Source: Vicinamibacteria bacterium
Lineage (GTDB): Bacteria > Acidobacteriota > Vicinamibacteria > Marinacidobacterales > Marinacidobacteraceae
DNA: 64,000 nt
Assembly (NCBI GenBank): GCA_965199715.1
Contig: CBDATA010000001.1
Location: 160,001 to 224,000, forward strand
Reading direction: 5' to 3'
Shown here piece after piece: positions 10,701 to 20,393 of this stretch. The position numbers and the translations under genes are program-made. Numbering within the stretch: the first letter of the stretch is position 1; the number at the start of each line of letters is the position of its first letter. The notes beneath the pieces are model-generated. The model saw only the letters and a list, made by a program, of their open reading frames with translations, searched no databases and was not told the origin of the DNA.

Positions 10701-10736
10701 GAGACGCGCCCGGTTCTGGATTCGACTGTTTCTCAC
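7734..10736 (-). CDS. Omp85/BamA-TamA family outer-membrane protein with N-terminal zincin-like (HELTH) domain and TolB/WD40-like propeller
   Basis: Signal peptide; GKNKVKY; HELTH...WIDEGLATY; SPDG/TPDG repeats; C-terminal barrel with GNGELRGY, VEFRFP, FVDAGGA and terminal F. Confidence 0.85.
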   Translation of the reverse strand: MRNSRIQNRARLALALAAAVSLAAPATAQYFIPFYGKNKVKYDKHEWQVYRSPHFDVYYYPEMEEELGRLVSYAESAYDTISDRLKHEIPFSIPLILYRTFSEFAQTNLSPSEIPEGVGAFAESTRDRMVIPIDNPPDELQELFLHELTHIFEFDIIPRSLFRQVVPLWIDEGLATYMEDEWDPLDLMTVRDAAVADQIPTFQELNARFSRNPYSFGASIFNFMEERFGEEGVRQFVFSLRRAVTGGVSEEVYEQAFRMAPEEFYREYRRWIKERFKPFRDKEIPEDYSLDISPNEGRYIGAISAAHSPSGELIAALSGNRRESEYDVVLLSARDGSVIRNLTPGYAGEFINVVGLTGEDQLIGRNLSWTPDGAEVAFFGKYKKRRALLFADVVESRIVRRIEMPLDRATFPHVGPNGEWVYFSALRSGVGDIYRINIRTEAIENLTDDDFHDKFPTVSPDGEWLYYSRRISGYDKLYRLRISDREKEQVTFGTFHDVAPIFAPNGRDLVYSSNEDDDIFNIRVLDTETGDILQYTDVLGGNFSPSVIIDPETGAETLLFTSYYKGNWGLHTLQMDEPVKEIPADMIARTPGPVIDFVPVVDHQIISENKRNKTRFEKLFLDGPPPITAGFTSDGDFIGGTSLSLSDVLGDDRISFTAYSVRNFRIYNVQYANLAGRLQYAVEAHDQTSFFYPLLPYYISNIWSRADSIGTIRSTGASARALYPLSRFQRLELGAGYDYQRSGFENVHLRPGEDPLFPQQFIDQYDDFYGRIFPSGHLIPLKAAFVQETTRFRALGPAVFPQAGSTIYAGIEWSPGGPFLSRTTFNLDARKYIQVTSASVLAARLRWFHSLGEAPGFFWFGGNGELRGYDLYSFSGNRGGHATVEFRFPIVDAAITPLGLIGPIRGSVFVDAGGAAYAGEPLSLFSSDRRESRLGQLCGPRNVAVCISEGFGLDDFVAAYGINARVYFLGLPLNASWSRRTDFATSIPGWRFDFWLGWPF

Positions 10737-10752
10737 AGGCCTCCCCCTGGCT

Positions 10753-11541
10753 TCAGCGAAGCAGGAAGCGCGTGCCCCGGAAGGTCTGGGGCGAGACGAT
10801 GCTCAGGAAGTTGGGCAGGATCCGATCCATGAGCTCGAAGTACGAGGAAAGCGCCGAGCTCTCCTCGTCCCGCCCGAAGATCACTTCCTCGGTGAACCGC
10901 TCCCGGTGGACGGTGCGCCCGCTGGCGCCGTCGATGAAATGGAACTCGGCGGTGAAGGTGTAGGCGTTGCGCTCCTGGAACTGGCTGCTGCGGACGAGCC
11001 GCTGCCGGTTGAAGGAGTCGCGCACGTAGCGATCCCGGCGGGAGAAGCCGGAGCGCTCCTCGGCGCGGAAGCGCAGGCGCCCGCTCACGATCAACGGCTC
11101 CTGGAACTCCTCGCCGAGCAGGCGCCAGTACTCCTGGTCCTCCAGCAGCTTGTCCTGCTCCAGGTCGATCCACTCCTGCCGCGAGATCTCGTCGCCGACG
11201 GCGACCGCGTCGTCGGCGAGCTCGGCGAACGTGGACTCGAGCCCGCTCTCTTCGAGCGCCTGGTCGGAAAAGTCCCCGAGCGGCTCGATCTCGGCGTCGA
11301 TCACCTGCAGCCGCGAGTTCACCCGCAACTGGTTGCGCAGCAGGCGCGAGGTCTCCTGATCGAGATCCAGCGACTCGTTGGTCTGGGTCACGAAGCTGCC
11401 CACGAGCACCCGGCTGTACCCGGAAAGGTCCAGCTTGGCGTCGATGGGGATCTCGACCGGAACCTCGATCCAGGGACCGACGGCGCAGCCGGACAGCGAC
11501 GCCGCCATGACGGCCGCCCCGAGGCGGCGCGGAAGGCTCAT
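10753..11541 (-). CDS. Hypothetical lipoprotein
   Basis: Lipobox LSGC; coding-like composition; 4-bp overlap with the upstream TPR gene. Confidence 0.75.
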   Translation of the reverse strand: MSLPRRLGAAVMAASLSGCAVGPWIEVPVEIPIDAKLDLSGYSRVLVGSFVTQTNESLDLDQETSRLLRNQLRVNSRLQVIDAEIEPLGDFSDQALEESGLESTFAELADDAVAVGDEISRQEWIDLEQDKLLEDQEYWRLLGEEFQEPLIVSGRLRFRAEERSGFSRRDRYVRDSFNRQRLVRSSQFQERNAYTFTAEFHFIDGASGRTVHRERFTEEVIFGRDEESSALSSYFELMDRILPNFLSIVSPQTFRGTRFLLR

Positions 11542-11939
11542 CGATTCGCGGCCCGGGCGGCGTCCCGATCGCGGCGCTGCTTGCGTTCGTACGCCTCGCG
11601 GAACAACTCGTAGTTCTGCCGGATCTGGTCGTTGGACGGCAGCAGCTCGAGCGCCCGCTCGTAGGCGTCGAGCGCCTCCTCGAACTTGCCGACGCGCTCG
11701 TAAGCCACACCGAGGTTGTTGAACGCCTTAGGGTTGCGCGGATCGAGCTCGACCGCCTTCTCCCAGCGATAGATCGCTTCCCGCCAGAGACCGCGCCCCG
11801 CGACGTCGACGCCGAAGCGGTTCTCGCGGACCGCGCGCTCCTCTTGCTGCGCCCCGGCCGAGGCGGCCAGCGCGAGCGCGGCCAGCGCGAAGAACGCAAC
11901 TCGGCGCGGCTTTGCGTCGCGGAAGCGGTGATTGCCCAT
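11538..11939 (-). CDS. Secreted tetratricopeptide-repeat protein
   Basis: ATG 11939, signal peptide, GLWREAIYRWEKAVELDPRNPKAFNNLGVAYE TPR. Confidence 0.85.
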   Translation of the reverse strand: MGNHRFRDAKPRRVAFFALAALALAASAGAQQEERAVRENRFGVDVAGRGLWREAIYRWEKAVELDPRNPKAFNNLGVAYERVGKFEEALDAYERALELLPSNDQIRQNYELFREAYERKQRRDRDAARAANR

Positions 11940-12082
11940 GGCGTCCCCCCAAGCAATGGCCGGGCCAGTTCCCCAGCCCTTCCGATAGTAGCGTCTCCGG
12001 CGCGTCGTCCCTGTTTTCCCCGAATACGCCCCGAATTCGCGTCCCCGTGCACGGTTTCTCGATTCCGGACGTGTTGATGGAT

Positions 12083-12949
12083 ATGCGCGTTTTTCGGAAC
12101 TCGGCGGAGAGCCTGCCGCCCCGCGACCTCGTGACCATGCTCGCGCTCGGGATCGAGCCGCCGCCGCTTCCGCTGTTCCGGCGTCTGTTCGAGGGCGGAA
12201 GCGCGACCGAAGCGCTGAGGCGGCTGCGGGCTTCGGGCTGGGCGCCCGGCGCCCGAGCGGTGCGCCGGGCCGAGTTCTGGGTGCGGGACGCCCGGGATGC
12301 CGGGCGCCGCCTTCTGATCTGGGGCGCCGCCGGGTACCCGCCGCGGCTCGCCGAAATCGGCTCGCCTCCGGTCGCGCTCGACGTGGCCGGCCCGGCGGAC
12401 CTCGGCGCACCGTCGGTCGCGATCGTCGGTTCGCGGCGCGCCACCGATTCCGGCCTTGGGACCGCCCGCGCGTTCGGCGCCGGGCTCGCCGGAGCGGGTC
12501 TCGCCGTCGTGAGCGGCCTCGCCCGGGGAATCGACGCGGCGGCGCACCGGGGAGCGCTCGACGCGGACGGAGTCACGCTCGCGGTGCTCGGGGCGGGGCA
12601 CGACCGGCTCTACCCTCCCGAACACGCCCCGCTCGCGCGGCGGATCGCGGCCCGGGGAGCCGTGATCACCGAGTTCCCGCCCGGAACGGTCCCGCTGCCC
12701 CGGCACTTTCCCCGCCGCAACCGGATCGTCGCCGGGCTCACGCTCGGCGCGCTGGTGGTCGAGGCGGCGGAGCGCAGCGGCTCGCTCTCGACCGCGCGGC
12801 AGGCCGCCGACAACGACCGCGAGGTGTTCGCGATCCCCGGTCCGCTCGGCTCCGAAGCCAGCCGCGGCTGCCACGCCCTGATCCGCTCCGGGGCGTGCCT
12901 CGTGACCTCGGTGGACGACGTGCTCGAGGAATTGCCGCCATTAGACTGA
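12083..12949 (+). CDS. dprA: DNA-processing protein DprA
   Basis: YPPRLAEI, VAIVGSR, VVSGLARGIDAAAH, FPRRNRIVAGL, VVEAAERSGSL, REVFAIPG; upstream of topA. Start uncertain (12071-12083). Confidence 0.93.
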   Translation: MRVFRNSAESLPPRDLVTMLALGIEPPPLPLFRRLFEGGSATEALRRLRASGWAPGARAVRRAEFWVRDARDAGRRLLIWGAAGYPPRLAEIGSPPVALDVAGPADLGAPSVAIVGSRRATDSGLGTARAFGAGLAGAGLAVVSGLARGIDAAAHRGALDADGVTLAVLGAGHDRLYPPEHAPLARRIAARGAVITEFPPGTVPLPRHFPRRNRIVAGLTLGALVVEAAERSGSLSTARQAADNDREVFAIPGPLGSEASRGCHALIRSGACLVTSVDDVLEELPPLD

Positions 12950-12977
12950 CCCCGAGGAACCCCTGAAGAAGAAGGAC

Positions 12978-15188
12978 ATGAAGAACGCGCTCGTCGTCGT
13001 CGAGTCCGGCGCCAAGGCGCGGACCATCGAGAAATTCCTCGGGGCCGGGTTCCACGTGATGGCTTCGGCAGGGCACGTGCGGGACCTGCCGCAGCGCGCC
13101 CTCGGGGTCGATATCGAAAACGGCTTCGAACCCCGGCTCGAGGTGGTCCCCGACCGGGCGAAGACGCTGCGGGACCTCAAGGCGAAGGCGCGCAAGGCGT
13201 CGGCGATCTTCCTCGCGACCGACCCGGACCGGGAGGGCGAGGCCATCAGCCACGACCTCGCCGAGGAGTTCGGCGCGGCGCTGGGGCGGAAGCACACGGT
13301 CCCGATCAAGCGGATGACCTTCCAGGAGATCACCCGCCCCGCGATCCGGCGGGCGCTCGAGGAGGCGGGCGAGATCGACCGCAACCGGGTCAAGGCGCAG
13401 CAGACGCGCCGGGTGCTCGACCGCATCGTCGGCTACAAGATTTCCCCGCTGCTCTCGCGCAAGCTCGCCGGGTCGCTCTCCGCCGGGCGGGTCCAGTCCG
13501 TCGCGCTGCGGCTCATCTGCGAGCGCGAACGCGAGATCCGGGCGTTCGCCGTGGAGGAGTACTGGGAGATCGCCGCGCTCCTCGGGACCGGCGACGGGAC
13601 CACGTTCGTCGCGAAGGCCGATCTGGGCAAGCGGCGGATCCCCGACGGGGAAACGGCGGCCGCCATCCGCACCGCGCTCGAGGGGCGCCGGTTCCCGGTG
13701 GAGTCGGTCGAGTCGAAGCCCCGCACGCAGAAGGCGCCGCCGCCCTTCATCACCAGCACAATGCAGCGGCAGGCCGCCTCGGCCTTCGGGTTCCCGGCGG
13801 CGCGCACGATGCGGGCGGCGCAGGCGCTCTACGAGGGCGTGAACCTCGGCTCGGGCGAGCGGGTCGGGCTCATCACCTACCTGCGGACCGACTCCACCCG
13901 GGTTTCGAAGGGCGCGATCGAGGAAGCGCGGGAGACGATCCGGGCCGGCTTCGGGCCCCGGTACCTGCCCGACAAGCCCAACTACTTCCGCGGCCGGAAG
14001 GGCGCCCAGGACGCGCACGAGGCCATCCGCCCGACTTCCACGAAGCGGACCCCGGACGCGGTAGCGAAATTCCTCCAACCGGACCAGGCGAAGCTCTACC
14101 GCATGATCTGGGGGCGGTTCGTCGCGTCCCAGATGAGCCCGGCGGAATTCCTGCGCACCCGCGTCGTCGTCGCCGCCGATCCCCCGCCCGGGCGGCCTAT
14201 TCCCGAGATTCCCGGATTCGGCGCCCCGCCCGATCGCCTCGTCGCGAACGGCTCGGTCGTGGTCAGGAAGGGCTTCCGGGTGCTCTACCGCGAGACCCGG
14301 GAGGACGGGAAGGACGACGACGGCGAGGGCGGGCGCCGACTCCCGAAACTGTCCGACGGCGAACCGCTCGACCTCGGCGAGGTCCGCCCGTCCCGGCACT
14401 TCACCTCCCCGCCCGGCCGGTTCAGCGAGGCTGGCCTGATCCGCAAGCTGGAGGAGAACGGGATCGGCCGCCCGAGCACCTACGTCCCGATCCTGCGGAA
14501 GATCAAGCAGCGCGAGTACGTGCGCACCAGGAAGCGGTCGTTCGTGCCCACCGAGGTGGGCATGCTCGTGAGCGATCTCCTGACCCACAGCTTCGGTTCG
14601 CTCATCGACGTGCGCTACACCGCGGCGATGGAGGAGAACCTCGACCGGATCGAGCAGGGCGAGGCGGACTACGCGGAGACGCTTGCGAGCTTCTACGGCG
14701 GCTTCGAGCGCGACCTCGAGCGCGCCCGGGCGGCCATGCCCCGGCTGAAGGGCCTTCCCACCAACGAGTCGTGCGACCAGTGCGGCCGCCCGATGGCGGT
14801 GCGCTGGAGCGGCGGCGAGAAGTTCCTCGGCTGCGTCGGGTATCCCGAGTGCCGGGGCAGCCGGTCGCTCGGCGCCGCGGAGGACCTCTCCGAGGAGGCC
14901 CCGCCGTGCCCCGAGTGCGGCGCGCCGATGAACGCGAAGCGCGGCCGCTTCGGTCCGTTCCTCGGCTGTTCGCGGCACCCCGAGTGCAAGAAGATCATTC
15001 CGATCCGGGACGGCCGGCTCGCGCCGAGAGAGCCGCCCGAGCCGGCCGGCGAGGACTGCCCCGAATGCGGCAAGCCGATGGTCCGCCGGAAGAGTCGGCG
15101 CGGCCCCTTCGTCGGCTGCAGCGCCTTCCCGAAGTGCCGCTACATCAAGCCGCAGGCCCGGAAGGAGAAGCGGGCCGCGAAGAAGTGA
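12978..15188 (+). CDS. topA: DNA topoisomerase I
   Basis: VVESGAKA, GHVRDLP, LATDPDREGEAI, SAGRVQS, ITYLRTDS (catalytic Tyr), GIGRPSTY, three C-terminal zinc ribbons. Confidence 0.97.
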   Translation: MKNALVVVESGAKARTIEKFLGAGFHVMASAGHVRDLPQRALGVDIENGFEPRLEVVPDRAKTLRDLKAKARKASAIFLATDPDREGEAISHDLAEEFGAALGRKHTVPIKRMTFQEITRPAIRRALEEAGEIDRNRVKAQQTRRVLDRIVGYKISPLLSRKLAGSLSAGRVQSVALRLICEREREIRAFAVEEYWEIAALLGTGDGTTFVAKADLGKRRIPDGETAAAIRTALEGRRFPVESVESKPRTQKAPPPFITSTMQRQAASAFGFPAARTMRAAQALYEGVNLGSGERVGLITYLRTDSTRVSKGAIEEARETIRAGFGPRYLPDKPNYFRGRKGAQDAHEAIRPTSTKRTPDAVAKFLQPDQAKLYRMIWGRFVASQMSPAEFLRTRVVVAADPPPGRPIPEIPGFGAPPDRLVANGSVVVRKGFRVLYRETREDGKDDDGEGGRRLPKLSDGEPLDLGEVRPSRHFTSPPGRFSEAGLIRKLEENGIGRPSTYVPILRKIKQREYVRTRKRSFVPTEVGMLVSDLLTHSFGSLIDVRYTAAMEENLDRIEQGEADYAETLASFYGGFERDLERARAAMPRLKGLPTNESCDQCGRPMAVRWSGGEKFLGCVGYPECRGSRSLGAAEDLSEEAPPCPECGAPMNAKRGRFGPFLGCSRHPECKKIIPIRDGRLAPREPPEPAGEDCPECGKPMVRRKSRRGPFVGCSAFPKCRYIKPQARKEKRAAKK

Positions 15189-16081
15189 GCGACGTCCAAC
15201 TCCGGGACGCGGTCAGCGAGTTCCTCCGGAGCCTCGCCCGCCGGGGCTCGCCCGCGACCACGCTGCGAAGCTACGGGACCGACCTCGACCAGTTCATCGA
15301 GTTCGTCGAGAGCGAATCGGGCGGCGACCCGGGCCGCATCCGGACGATCCGCGGCTTCCTCGCGTCGCTTCGCGGCCGGGGCCTGAAGCGATCCACCGTG
15401 GTCCGCAAGCTCTCGGCGCTGCGGTCGTTCTTCCGCTGGGTCGAAGCGGACGGGGGCGAGAACCCGGCGCGGGCGCTGCGCTCGCCCAAGCTCCCGCGCC
15501 GGATCCCGACCCGCGTCGAGGAGGACGAAGTCGAGCGCATCCTCGAGACCCCCGATCCCGCGACCCCGCTCGGAGCGCGCGACCGGGCGCTGCTCGAGCT
15601 GCTCTACGGAACCGGCGTCCGCGTGGCCGAGCTGGTCGCGCTCGACCTCGGCGACGTGAACAGGCGCGACCGCATCTTCCGAGTGCTCGGCAAGGGCGGG
15701 CGCGAGCGGGTGCTCCCCTACGGCGAGATCGCCGACGACGCGCTCGGAGCGTGGCTCGGCTTCCGCCAGACGCTCCCGAATCCGGATCCGTTCGCGCTCT
15801 TCCTGAACGCGCGGGGCGGGCGGCTCTCGGACCGGGCCGTGCGCAACGTCGTGCGGCGCTGCCTCGGCGAGGCCGGAATCGCGCGGCTCAGCGGCAAGGT
15901 CACGCCGCACGCGCTCCGGCACGCCTTCGCGACGCACCTGCTCGACGGCGGGGCGGACCTGCGGGCGATCCAGGAGCTTCTCGGGCACCGCAGCCTCGCG
16001 ACCACCGAGAAGTACACGCACGTCTCCACGGCCCGGCTGTTCTCGGTGTACCGAAAGACGCACCCCCGAGCCTCCGCGTGA
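15185..16081 (+). CDS. xerC: Tyrosine recombinase XerC
   Basis: GTG overlapping the topA stop; RDRALLELLYGTGVRVAE, GKGGRER, HALRHAFATHLL, LLGH, TEKYTHV; dprA-topA-xerC synteny. Confidence 0.88.
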   Translation: MSDVQLRDAVSEFLRSLARRGSPATTLRSYGTDLDQFIEFVESESGGDPGRIRTIRGFLASLRGRGLKRSTVVRKLSALRSFFRWVEADGGENPARALRSPKLPRRIPTRVEEDEVERILETPDPATPLGARDRALLELLYGTGVRVAELVALDLGDVNRRDRIFRVLGKGGRERVLPYGEIADDALGAWLGFRQTLPNPDPFALFLNARGGRLSDRAVRNVVRRCLGEAGIARLSGKVTPHALRHAFATHLLDGGADLRAIQELLGHRSLATTEKYTHVSTARLFSVYRKTHPRASA

Positions 16082-17283
16082 CGAAGGACCGCTTCCGCAG
16101 CCTCGACGTGATCCGGGGCGTCGCGCTCCTCGGCATCCTGCTGGTGAACATCCGGGTCTTCGCGACGCCCTCGGCGGCGTACGTGAACCCGACCGCGTGG
16201 GGCGACTTCGCCGGCCTGAACCTCCTCGCGTGGATGGCGGTCCATCTGTTCGCCGAGGCCAAGTTCCTGAGCACCTTCTCGATGCTCTTCGGCGCCGGAG
16301 TCTGCCTCTTCGCCGACCGCCTCGAGGCGAGGGGCGAGCGCGCCGCCGGCCGCCACTACCGGCGGATGTTCTGGCTCTTCGCGTTCGGGATGGTCCACGC
16401 CTACCTGATCTGGCCGGGCGACGTCCTCGTGACCTACGCGATCTGCGGCAGCGTCGTCTTCGTGCTGCGGAAGAAGCGCCCCCGGACGCTCCTCGCCGGC
16501 GGCGCCGTCCTGATCGCGCTTCCGACCCTCCTGGGCCTCGGGACCGGGCTGCTGCTCCAGTCCCCCGCGATCCCCGACGACGCGCGGGCCGAGGTCGCGG
16601 CCGAGTGGACGCCGCCGCAAGAGGATCTCGAGGCGGAGGTCGCCGCCTGGCGGGGAACCTTCTCCGAACGGCAAGCGGAGCGCGCCTCGCAGGCGCTGGA
16701 GATGCACACGCTGGTGCTGCCGTTCTTCGCGCTGTGGTTCTGCCCGGGCGCGATGCTGATCGGGATGGCGCTCTACCGGCTCGGGATCGTCCAAGGCGAG
16801 CGGGACGACCGCTTCTACCGGCGGCTCGCCGCGTTCGGAATCGCCGCCGGGACGCCGATCATCGTCGCCGGGATGGCGTGGAACTTCGCGGGCGGCTGGA
16901 CGTGGGAAACCTCCATGTTCTTCGGGGCGTCGTTCAACAGCGTCGGCGCCCCGCTGGTCGCGCTCGGCTACGTCGCGCTCATCGCGCTCGCAGTGCGGCG
17001 CGGCTTCCTTCCCGGGCTCCAGGAACGGCTCGCGGCCGTCGGCCGGATGGCGTTCACCAACTACATCATGCACTCCGTGGTTTGCGGGGCGATCTTCTAC
17101 GGCGCCGGGTTGGGCCTCTTCGGGCAGGTCGAGCGGGCGGCGCAGCTCCTCGTCGTCGGGTCGGTCTGGATCCTCCAGCTCGCGCTGTCGCCGATCTGGC
17201 TCCGGCGCTTCCGTCATGGCCCGCTGGAGTGGGCGTGGCGGGCGCTCACCTACGGGAGGCTTCCTCCGTTCCGGACAGGCTGA
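16078..17283 (+). CDS. DUF418/YeiB-family membrane protein
   Basis: [54 protein letters not shown]. Confidence 0.9.
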   Translation: MTKDRFRSLDVIRGVALLGILLVNIRVFATPSAAYVNPTAWGDFAGLNLLAWMAVHLFAEAKFLSTFSMLFGAGVCLFADRLEARGERAAGRHYRRMFWLFAFGMVHAYLIWPGDVLVTYAICGSVVFVLRKKRPRTLLAGGAVLIALPTLLGLGTGLLLQSPAIPDDARAEVAAEWTPPQEDLEAEVAAWRGTFSERQAERASQALEMHTLVLPFFALWFCPGAMLIGMALYRLGIVQGERDDRFYRRLAAFGIAAGTPIIVAGMAWNFAGGWTWETSMFFGASFNSVGAPLVALGYVALIALAVRRGFLPGLQERLAAVGRMAFTNYIMHSVVCGAIFYGAGLGLFGQVERAAQLLVVGSVWILQLALSPIWLRRFRHGPLEWAWRALTYGRLPPFRTG

Positions 17284-19174
17284 GCCCGTCCAGCTCGAAC
17301 CAGAAGGAGCCGAGGTCCGAGGCGCCGCGTCGGGAGAAGTAGATCCCGTCGCACTCGCGTCCGCTCCACGGCGGAGGATCGGGGCGCCCGGCGAGCGCCG
17401 CGAACCGCTCCGGCCCCAAGTGGAACTCGCTCCACTCGTCCGTGACCGGCAGTTCGACCCCGTACTCGACGCCCCGGCAGCGCACGGTGAGCTCGAACGG
17501 GTGGCTGCCCCGCGCCGAGAGCCGGATCCGGCCCAGATCCTCGAGGTTCACCGGCGCCGCGCCCCGGTCGAACGGCTGGTAGAGCTGGGCGAGCGGTCCC
17601 CGCGCCGCTCCCTCCTCGAGAACGCCGTCGAGCCGCGCCGCCGACCCCTGCCCGTCCGCGCCGGGCGAGACCACGCTGGCGTCCGCCGAGGACGCCCCGT
17701 TGGTGAACGTGTGCCAGCGCACCCCGGAATGCGAGAAGAGGTCGCCGTCCTCCCAGTCGTCCAGCGCGATCTCGAACGCCGCGCCGGGCTCCCTCGGGAA
17801 GAACGCGAAGGAGTCGCCCGAAGCGGTCCGCGTCGGCGCCACGCCCTCGGTCGCCGCGACCAGCCCGCTGGCGGTGCGCACGAGAACCTGGCCGTCGGAC
17901 AGCGCCGGAGTGGCGAGGCACACCGCGCCCATCGGGTTCACCGAGAGCAGCTCGTACTCGGCCCCGGCCCGGATCACGAACACGTCCCCGTCCTCGCTGG
18001 TCAGATAGACCCGGCCGTCGGCGGCCACCGGCGACGCCGTGTACGCCCCGCCGCGCTCGCCGATCCGCCGCCGGTAGAGCCGCTCGCCGGTCCCGGAGTC
18101 GAACACCGTGAGCACGCCGCCTGCGGAGACCACGTAGAGACGCCCCTGATAGACGAGCGGCGAGGCCATGTACGGGCCGTCGCGCTGCGAGCTCCACGCC
18201 ACGTCGTCGCTCGAGCTCGCGCCCTCGGGGAGGGAGATGTCGCCGCTGGCGCCGAGCCGCACCGCGAAGATGGGGCGGAAGCGGTAGCCGCTCGTCAGGT
18301 AGATGAGCCCGTCTTGCACCACCGGGGTCGGGGTGGTGTTGAACGAGCTTCCGGTCATCCGCCAGAGCTCGCTTCCGGTGGCCGGGTCGTAGCCGTGCAT
18401 CGTGCCCGCGCCGTTCGTGATGAGTTCGGGCCGGTCCGCCCCGGTGTGGACCGTGGGCGTCCCGAACGACGAGATCAGGTCGCGCTCGACCCGCCAAACC
18501 TCCTCGCCGGTCTCGAGATCGAACGCGGCGAGGAACGAACCGCGCTGCTGGTCGGCGAGCACGATCGCGAGATCGCGCCAGATGATCGGGGAGCTGGCTG
18601 CGCCCCACTGGTAGCTGTCGTCGTAGGACGCGCCCGCGTCGATCGGGCCGAGCTCCACCGCCCAGCGCCGGTTCCCGTCGAGGTCCCACGCCTGGAGCGC
18701 GCCGGTCGCGAAGAGCGTGACGAGGGTCTCGCCGTCGGTGGCCGGAGTCGCGGAGGAATAGCTGTTCTTCGGATGGCGCTGGATCGTCGGCGCGCCGCTC
18801 GCGGCCTCGCGCTCCCAGAGGATCTCGCCGGTGTCCCGATCCACGGCGTGGACGAACCACGTGTTCGGCTCCCGGTCCGAGCGGCGGTCCTGCCGCCCGT
18901 CGGTGCCGTAGCGGAAGACCGGGTCGGGGTCGTCGCTGACCGCGCTGGTCACGAAGAGCCGGTCGCCCCAGACCACCGGGCTGGAGTGGCCGAGACCGCG
19001 AACTTCGGTCTTCCACTGGATGTTGTGGCCGGTCTCGGCGCTCCACTCCGTGGGCGGGTCCTGCCCGTCGGCGATCCCCGAGGCCGAAGGCCCCCGGAAG
19101 GACGGCCACGGGAAGCGATCCTGCGCTTCGGCGGCGGTTCCGGCGAGCAGCAGGCCGATCAGCAGGCGTGTCAT
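17246..19174 (-). CDS. Secreted PQQ-like beta-propeller protein with C-terminal CIA30/CBM11-like domain
   Basis: Signal peptide, [40 protein letters not shown]; C-terminal LDDWEDG...IRLSARG...FWFELD. Confidence 0.85.
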   Translation of the reverse strand: MTRLLIGLLLAGTAAEAQDRFPWPSFRGPSASGIADGQDPPTEWSAETGHNIQWKTEVRGLGHSSPVVWGDRLFVTSAVSDDPDPVFRYGTDGRQDRRSDREPNTWFVHAVDRDTGEILWEREAASGAPTIQRHPKNSYSSATPATDGETLVTLFATGALQAWDLDGNRRWAVELGPIDAGASYDDSYQWGAASSPIIWRDLAIVLADQQRGSFLAAFDLETGEEVWRVERDLISSFGTPTVHTGADRPELITNGAGTMHGYDPATGSELWRMTGSSFNTTPTPVVQDGLIYLTSGYRFRPIFAVRLGASGDISLPEGASSSDDVAWSSQRDGPYMASPLVYQGRLYVVSAGGVLTVFDSGTGERLYRRRIGERGGAYTASPVAADGRVYLTSEDGDVFVIRAGAEYELLSVNPMGAVCLATPALSDGQVLVRTASGLVAATEGVAPTRTASGDSFAFFPREPGAAFEIALDDWEDGDLFSHSGVRWHTFTNGASSADASVVSPGADGQGSAARLDGVLEEGAARGPLAQLYQPFDRGAAPVNLEDLGRIRLSARGSHPFELTVRCRGVEYGVELPVTDEWSEFHLGPERFAALAGRPDPPPWSGRECDGIYFSRRGASDLGSFWFELDGLSLSGTEEASRR

Positions 19175-19178
19175 GCGC

Positions 19179-20393
19179 TCAGTATTTCGGAACCGAGGCC
19201 CAAGTTGCAGGGGCGTCGAAGATGCGCCGGTAGCGGGCGATCGTCTGAGGGTCGCCGGTGCTCTTCCCCGGGTCGTCGCTCAGCTTCACGAGCGGGCGCC
19301 CGGCGGCCCGGACCGGCTTCACGACGAGCGAGTACGTCGGCTGGCCGCAGTCGTTCGTCAGGTTCGTGCCCCAGCCGAACGAGACCCGCATGCGGTGGCC
19401 GAACCGGTCGTGGAGCGCGAGGACGTCGGGAAGCTCCAGCCCGTCGCTGAAGACGAGTCGCTTCCCGGCGGGATCCACTCCAGTCTCGGCGTACCAGCGC
19501 AGCAGCCCCTCTCCGAAACGGACGGGGTCGCCGGAGTCCTGCCGGACGCCGGCGAGCCGCTCGGCCCAGGCCGGAGGGACGTCCCGGAAGAACGCTTCGG
19601 AGCTCCAGGTGTCGGTCGGCACGAGCGCCGCCGCGGTCCCGTAGGTCTCCCACCACGCCTCGAGCACCCGGACCGGGGACTCGCGGATCGCGGCGTCCGC
19701 GTCGCCGGCGAGCCCGGCGCCGACCATGAACACTTCGTGGGCGACGGTTCCGACCGGCTGGAGGCCGTTCTGGCGGGCCGACTCCGCCGACGAGGTCCCG
19801 AGGAACTGATCCGGGAGGGCGTCGCGCAGGCGCGCCTCGACCTCGCGCTGCCAGCGCCCCGAGCGCCGCCGGCGGGTCCCGAACGACGCAAAGCGAATTC
19901 CCGGACGCCGCCGCAGCGCGGCGATCTTCGCTTCCAGCCGCTCCCGCCCGATCGCCTCGGCCCCGGAACGGGACAGGAGCTCGCTCAGCACCGAGAGCAC
20001 CAAGGTCTCCCAGTGGATGACCTCCGCCCACGGCCCCTCGTATTCGAGCTCGAAGTCGTCCCCCCGCCGGCCGACCTCGATGGCCGGGAGCCGCAGCCCG
20101 CCGAGGAAACCGAGGTAGTCCTCGCCGAAGGGGCTTTCCGCCAGGTTCCGCAGCCAGTCGATCTCCGCCGGACCGAACGAGAACGACCGGACGGCGTCCA
20201 GCCCCTCCTGGAACGCCTCGACCGGGATCCTTCGGGCGAGGCGGGCCCCGGGAGTGCGGCAGACGAGCCGATAGCGGACCGGAACCCGGGCGTGCCGGCG
20301 GAAGACGTACTGCCCCATCGTGAACTTGTAGAAGTCCACGTCGAGGAGCGACGCGACCGGGGGCGCGTCCGTCAGGTCGGGAAGCCCCGCCAC
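19179..20393 (-). CDS. pncB: Nicotinate phosphoribosyltransferase
   Basis: [56 protein letters not shown]; start approximate. Confidence 0.93.
   Translation of the reverse strand: MAGLPDLTDAPPVASLLDVDFYKFTMGQYVFRRHARVPVRYRLVCRTPGARLARRIPVEAFQEGLDAVRSFSFGPAEIDWLRNLAESPFGEDYLGFLGGLRLPAIEVGRRGDDFELEYEGPWAEVIHWETLVLSVLSELLSRSGAEAIGRERLEAKIAALRRRPGIRFASFGTRRRRSGRWQREVEARLRDALPDQFLGTSSAESARQNGLQPVGTVAHEVFMVGAGLAGDADAAIRESPVRVLEAWWETYGTAAALVPTDTWSSEAFFRDVPPAWAERLAGVRQDSGDPVRFGEGLLRWYAETGVDPAGKRLVFSDGLELPDVLALHDRFGHRMRVSFGWGTNLTNDCGQPTYSLVVKPVRAAGRPLVKLSDDPGKSTGDPQTIARYRRIFDAPATWASVPKY

Noticed and set aside
15185-16081. Tyrosine recombinase as a prophage or island integrase
   Set aside because: About 300 aa, XerC-like motifs, housekeeping dprA-topA context, and no att repeats or cargo.
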